Shown: piece by piece, positions 61,705-64,000 of the stretch
Position numbering within the stretch: position 1 is the stretch's first letter
How the letters are laid out: the number at the start of each line of letters is the position of its first letter
Source: Enterobacter vonholyi
Lineage (GTDB): Bacteria; Pseudomonadota; Gammaproteobacteria; Enterobacterales; Enterobacteriaceae
Reading direction: 5' to 3'
NCBI RefSeq assembly: GCF_008364555.1
Contig: NZ_VTUC01000008.1
Location: forward strand, 1-64,000
Length of the DNA stretch: 64,000 nucleotides
The notes under the pieces: model-generated
Database searches by the model: none
What the model was told of the DNA's origin: nothing
What the model saw: the letters and a program-made list of their open reading frames with translations, nothing else
Position numbers and translations under genes: made by a program

Positions 61705-63450
61705 ATGATGAAACCAACGTTTTTGCGCTGGGTCGCCCTCGCCGCGCTGATGGCTGGCGGTACATTTAGCGTGGCGGCGAACCCGCCCGCGGCGCCTCCG
61801 GTCTCTTACGGCGTGGAGGAAGATGTTTTTCATCCCGTGCGGGCAACCCACGGCATGGTGGCATCCGTGGATGCGCTGGCGACCCGCGTGGGCGTCGATA
61901 TTCTCAGACAGGGCGGTAACGCGGTGGATGCCGCGGTCGCCGTCGGCTATGCGCTGGCGGTAACGCATCCGCAGGCGGGGAACCTGGGCGGCGGCGGCTT
62001 TATGATGCTGCGCACCAAAGACGGGAAAACCACCGCCATCGACTTCCGTGAAATGGCGCCTTCTCAGGCGTCACGGGACATGTTCCTTGATGACCAGGGC
62101 AACCCTGACAGTAAAAAATCCCTGACCTCGCATCTCGCGTCCGGCACGCCGGGCACCGTTGCGGGCTTCTCGCTGGCGCTGGAAAAATACGGCACGATGC
62201 CGCTGAACAAGGTTGTTCAGCCTGCCATCAAGCTGGCGCGGGAGGGCTTTATGGTGAATGACGCGCTGGCAGACGACCTCAAAACCTACGGTAGCGAAGT
62301 CATTCCGAATCACGAAAACAGCAAGGCCATCTTCTGGAAAGACGGTGAACCGCTGAAGAAGGGCGATAAGCTGGTGCAAAAAAACCTCGCTAAAAGCCTG
62401 GAGCTGATTGCGGAGCACGGTCCGGACGCCTTCTACAAAGGGGCGATTGCCGATCAGATTGCGGAAGAGATGCAAAAAAACGGCGGGCTCATCACCAAAG
62501 CGGATCTGGCGGACTACAGGGCGGTGGAGCGCGAGCCGATTAGCGGCACCTACCGCGGCTATGAGGTGTTCTCCATGCCGCCGCCGTCTTCCGGGGGCAT
62601 TCACATCGTGCAGATCCTCAACATTCTTGAAAACTTCGATATGCACAAGTTCGGCTTTGGCAGCGCGGATGCCATGCAGATAATGGCGGAAGCGGAAAAA
62701 CGCGCCTATGCCGATCGCTCGGAATATCTCGGCGACCCGGACTTCGTGAAGGTGCCGTGGCAGGCGCTGACCAACAAGGCGTACGCCAAATCCATTGCCG
62801 ATCAGATCGATATCAACAAGGCCAGGCCGTCGAGCGAGATCCGCCCCGGCAAGCTGGCGCCGTATGAAAGCAACCAGACCACCCACTTCTCGGTGGTGGA
62901 TAAAGACGGTAACGCGGTGGCGGTGACCTATACGCTCAACACCACCTTCGGAACCGGGATTGTGGCGGGCAACAGCGGCATTCTGCTGAACAACGAGATG
63001 GATGACTTCTCCGCCAAGCCGGGCGTGCCGAACGTCTACGGGCTGGTCGGCGGCGATGCGAATGCGGTAGGACCGAAGAAACGTCCGCTGTCGTCCATGT
63101 CGCCCACCATTGTCGTGAAAGATGGCAAAACCTGGCTGGTAACCGGCAGCCCGGGCGGCAGCCGAATTATCACCACAGTATTGCAGATGGTGGTGAACAG
63201 CATTGACTTTGGGATGAACGTCGCCGAAGCCACCAACGCCCCGCGCTTCCACCACCAGTGGCTGCCGGACGAGCTGCGCGTCGAGAAGGGCTTTAGCCCG
63301 GACACCATTAAACTGCTTGAGCAGCGTGGGCAGAAGGTGGCGGTGAAAGAGGCGATGGGTAGCACCCAGAGCATTATGGTAGGGCCGGACGGAGCGCTGT
63401 TTGGCGCATCAGATCCGCGTTCGGTGGATGATTTGACGGCGGGGTATTGA
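61705..63450 (+). CDS. ggt: gamma-glutamyltranspeptidase
   Basis: MMKPTFLRWVALAALMAGGTFSVAANPPAAPPVSYGVEEDVFHPVRATHGMVASVD...; catalytic T-T-H (QTTHFSVVD) present; collinear with E. coli Ggt. Confidence 0.95.
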   Translation: MMKPTFLRWVALAALMAGGTFSVAANPPAAPPVSYGVEEDVFHPVRATHGMVASVDALATRVGVDILRQGGNAVDAAVAVGYALAVTHPQAGNLGGGGFMMLRTKDGKTTAIDFREMAPSQASRDMFLDDQGNPDSKKSLTSHLASGTPGTVAGFSLALEKYGTMPLNKVVQPAIKLAREGFMVNDALADDLKTYGSEVIPNHENSKAIFWKDGEPLKKGDKLVQKNLAKSLELIAEHGPDAFYKGAIADQIAEEMQKNGGLITKADLADYRAVEREPISGTYRGYEVFSMPPPSSGGIHIVQILNILENFDMHKFGFGSADAMQIMAEAEKRAYADRSEYLGDPDFVKVPWQALTNKAYAKSIADQIDINKARPSSEIRPGKLAPYESNQTTHFSVVDKDGNAVAVTYTLNTTFGTGIVAGNSGILLNNEMDDFSAKPGVPNVYGLVGGDANAVGPKKRPLSSMSPTIVVKDGKTWLVTGSPGGSRIITTVLQMVVNSIDFGMNVAEATNAPRFHHQWLPDELRVEKGFSPDTIKLLEQRGQKVAVKEAMGSTQSIMVGPDGALFGASDPRSVDDLTAGY

Positions 63451-63455
63451 TTATT

Positions 63456-63505
63456 CCCCTCACCCTAACCCTCTCCCCATAGGGGAGAGGGCCGTGGTGA
63501 GGGGA
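63456..63505. repeat. REP palindromic unit (complete, self-complementary)
   Basis: CCCCTCACCCTAACCCTCTCCCCATAGGGGAGAGGGCCGTGGTGAGGGG. Confidence 0.65.
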
Positions 63506-63510
63506 GTGTG

Positions 63511-63999
63511 TCACTTCACTCTCGCCATATAATACGCATCCACATACTCGCCGTTGCGCAGGGCATAGCGCTTGCCGGTGCCTTCGATTTCAAAACCAAA
63601 ATTTTTATAGAGGGCAACTGCCGCGGGGTTATCGGCAAAGACCGTCAGTTCGATACGTTCAATGCGCAACCAGTTGTCACACAGGTTGATCATCTCGCTC
63701 ATGAGCCTGCGGCCTACGCCGCGTCCCTGCATATCCGCAGCCACGCTGATGCCGAATGTGGCAACATGGCTGCGACGCGGGTTTTCCATTACGTCCAGCG
63801 CCATATGTCCAATAACGCGCTGGTCCAGACAGGCAACGAGATGGCGCCGGCCTGGTTTTGTCGCAACGCGTTCGTGCCACATTTCCATAGAAGGATGAGG
63901 GAGTTGTAGCGTGTCGTGATACACATCAGGATGCGACATGATGTCACGTAAAGCTTCTGCATCGCTGGGTTCGATGTGGCGTATCACTATCTCACTCAT
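63511..63999 (-). CDS. yhhY: GNAT family N-acetyltransferase (YhhY-like)
   Basis: 162 aa MSEIVIRHIEPSDAEALRDIMSHPDVYHDTLQLPHPSMEMWHERVA...; acetyl-CoA motif QGRGVGRRLM. Confidence 0.8.
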   Translation of the reverse strand: MSEIVIRHIEPSDAEALRDIMSHPDVYHDTLQLPHPSMEMWHERVATKPGRRHLVACLDQRVIGHMALDVMENPRRSHVATFGISVAADMQGRGVGRRLMSEMINLCDNWLRIERIELTVFADNPAAVALYKNFGFEIEGTGKRYALRNGEYVDAYYMARVK

Positions 64000-64000
64000 T

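Overview
This is an Enterobacteriaceae chromosomal window of roughly 55-57% GC with E. coli-like core gene content. Its REP/BIME palindromes are of the Enterobacter/Klebsiella type.

Gene content by position:
- 1-254: 3' end of an rrn operon, with the 23S rRNA tail, 5S rRNA and a terminator.
- 476-14490: metA, aceB-aceA-aceK, iclR(-), metH, yjbB, a small CcdA-like ORF, rluF and yjbD(-).
- 14541-20758: a block absent from E. coli K-12. It carries a BASS-family transporter(-) and rtcR(-), which encodes a CARF/sigma54 activator. Divergent from rtcR is a sigma54 promoter driving an SPFH/band-7 protein, RtcB RNA ligase and a Pol-beta-type nucleotidyltransferase, with no RtcA cyclase. This operon is the most notable feature of the window.
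- 20800-38722: lysC(-) with an atypically short leader, pgi, yjbEFGH, a hexapeptide acyltransferase(-), psiE, malGFE(-), the mal regulatory region, malK-lamB-malM and ubiCA.
- 38723-38775: the gene order switches abruptly to the E. coli 77-78 min region in inverted orientation. The switch point lies between ubiA and zntA and is consistent with an origin-symmetric inversion relative to E. coli.
- 38776-63999: zntA(-) with its ZntR operator, yhhN(-), yhhM, yhhL(-), rsmD(-), ftsYEX, rpoH, a class-III aminotransferase, livJ, panZ(-), livKHMGF, pho boxes, ugpBAECQ, yhhA(-), ggt and a GNAT acetyltransferase(-).

No tRNA genes, CRISPR arrays, integrases or IS elements are present. The many long antisense ORFs are GC-driven artefacts.
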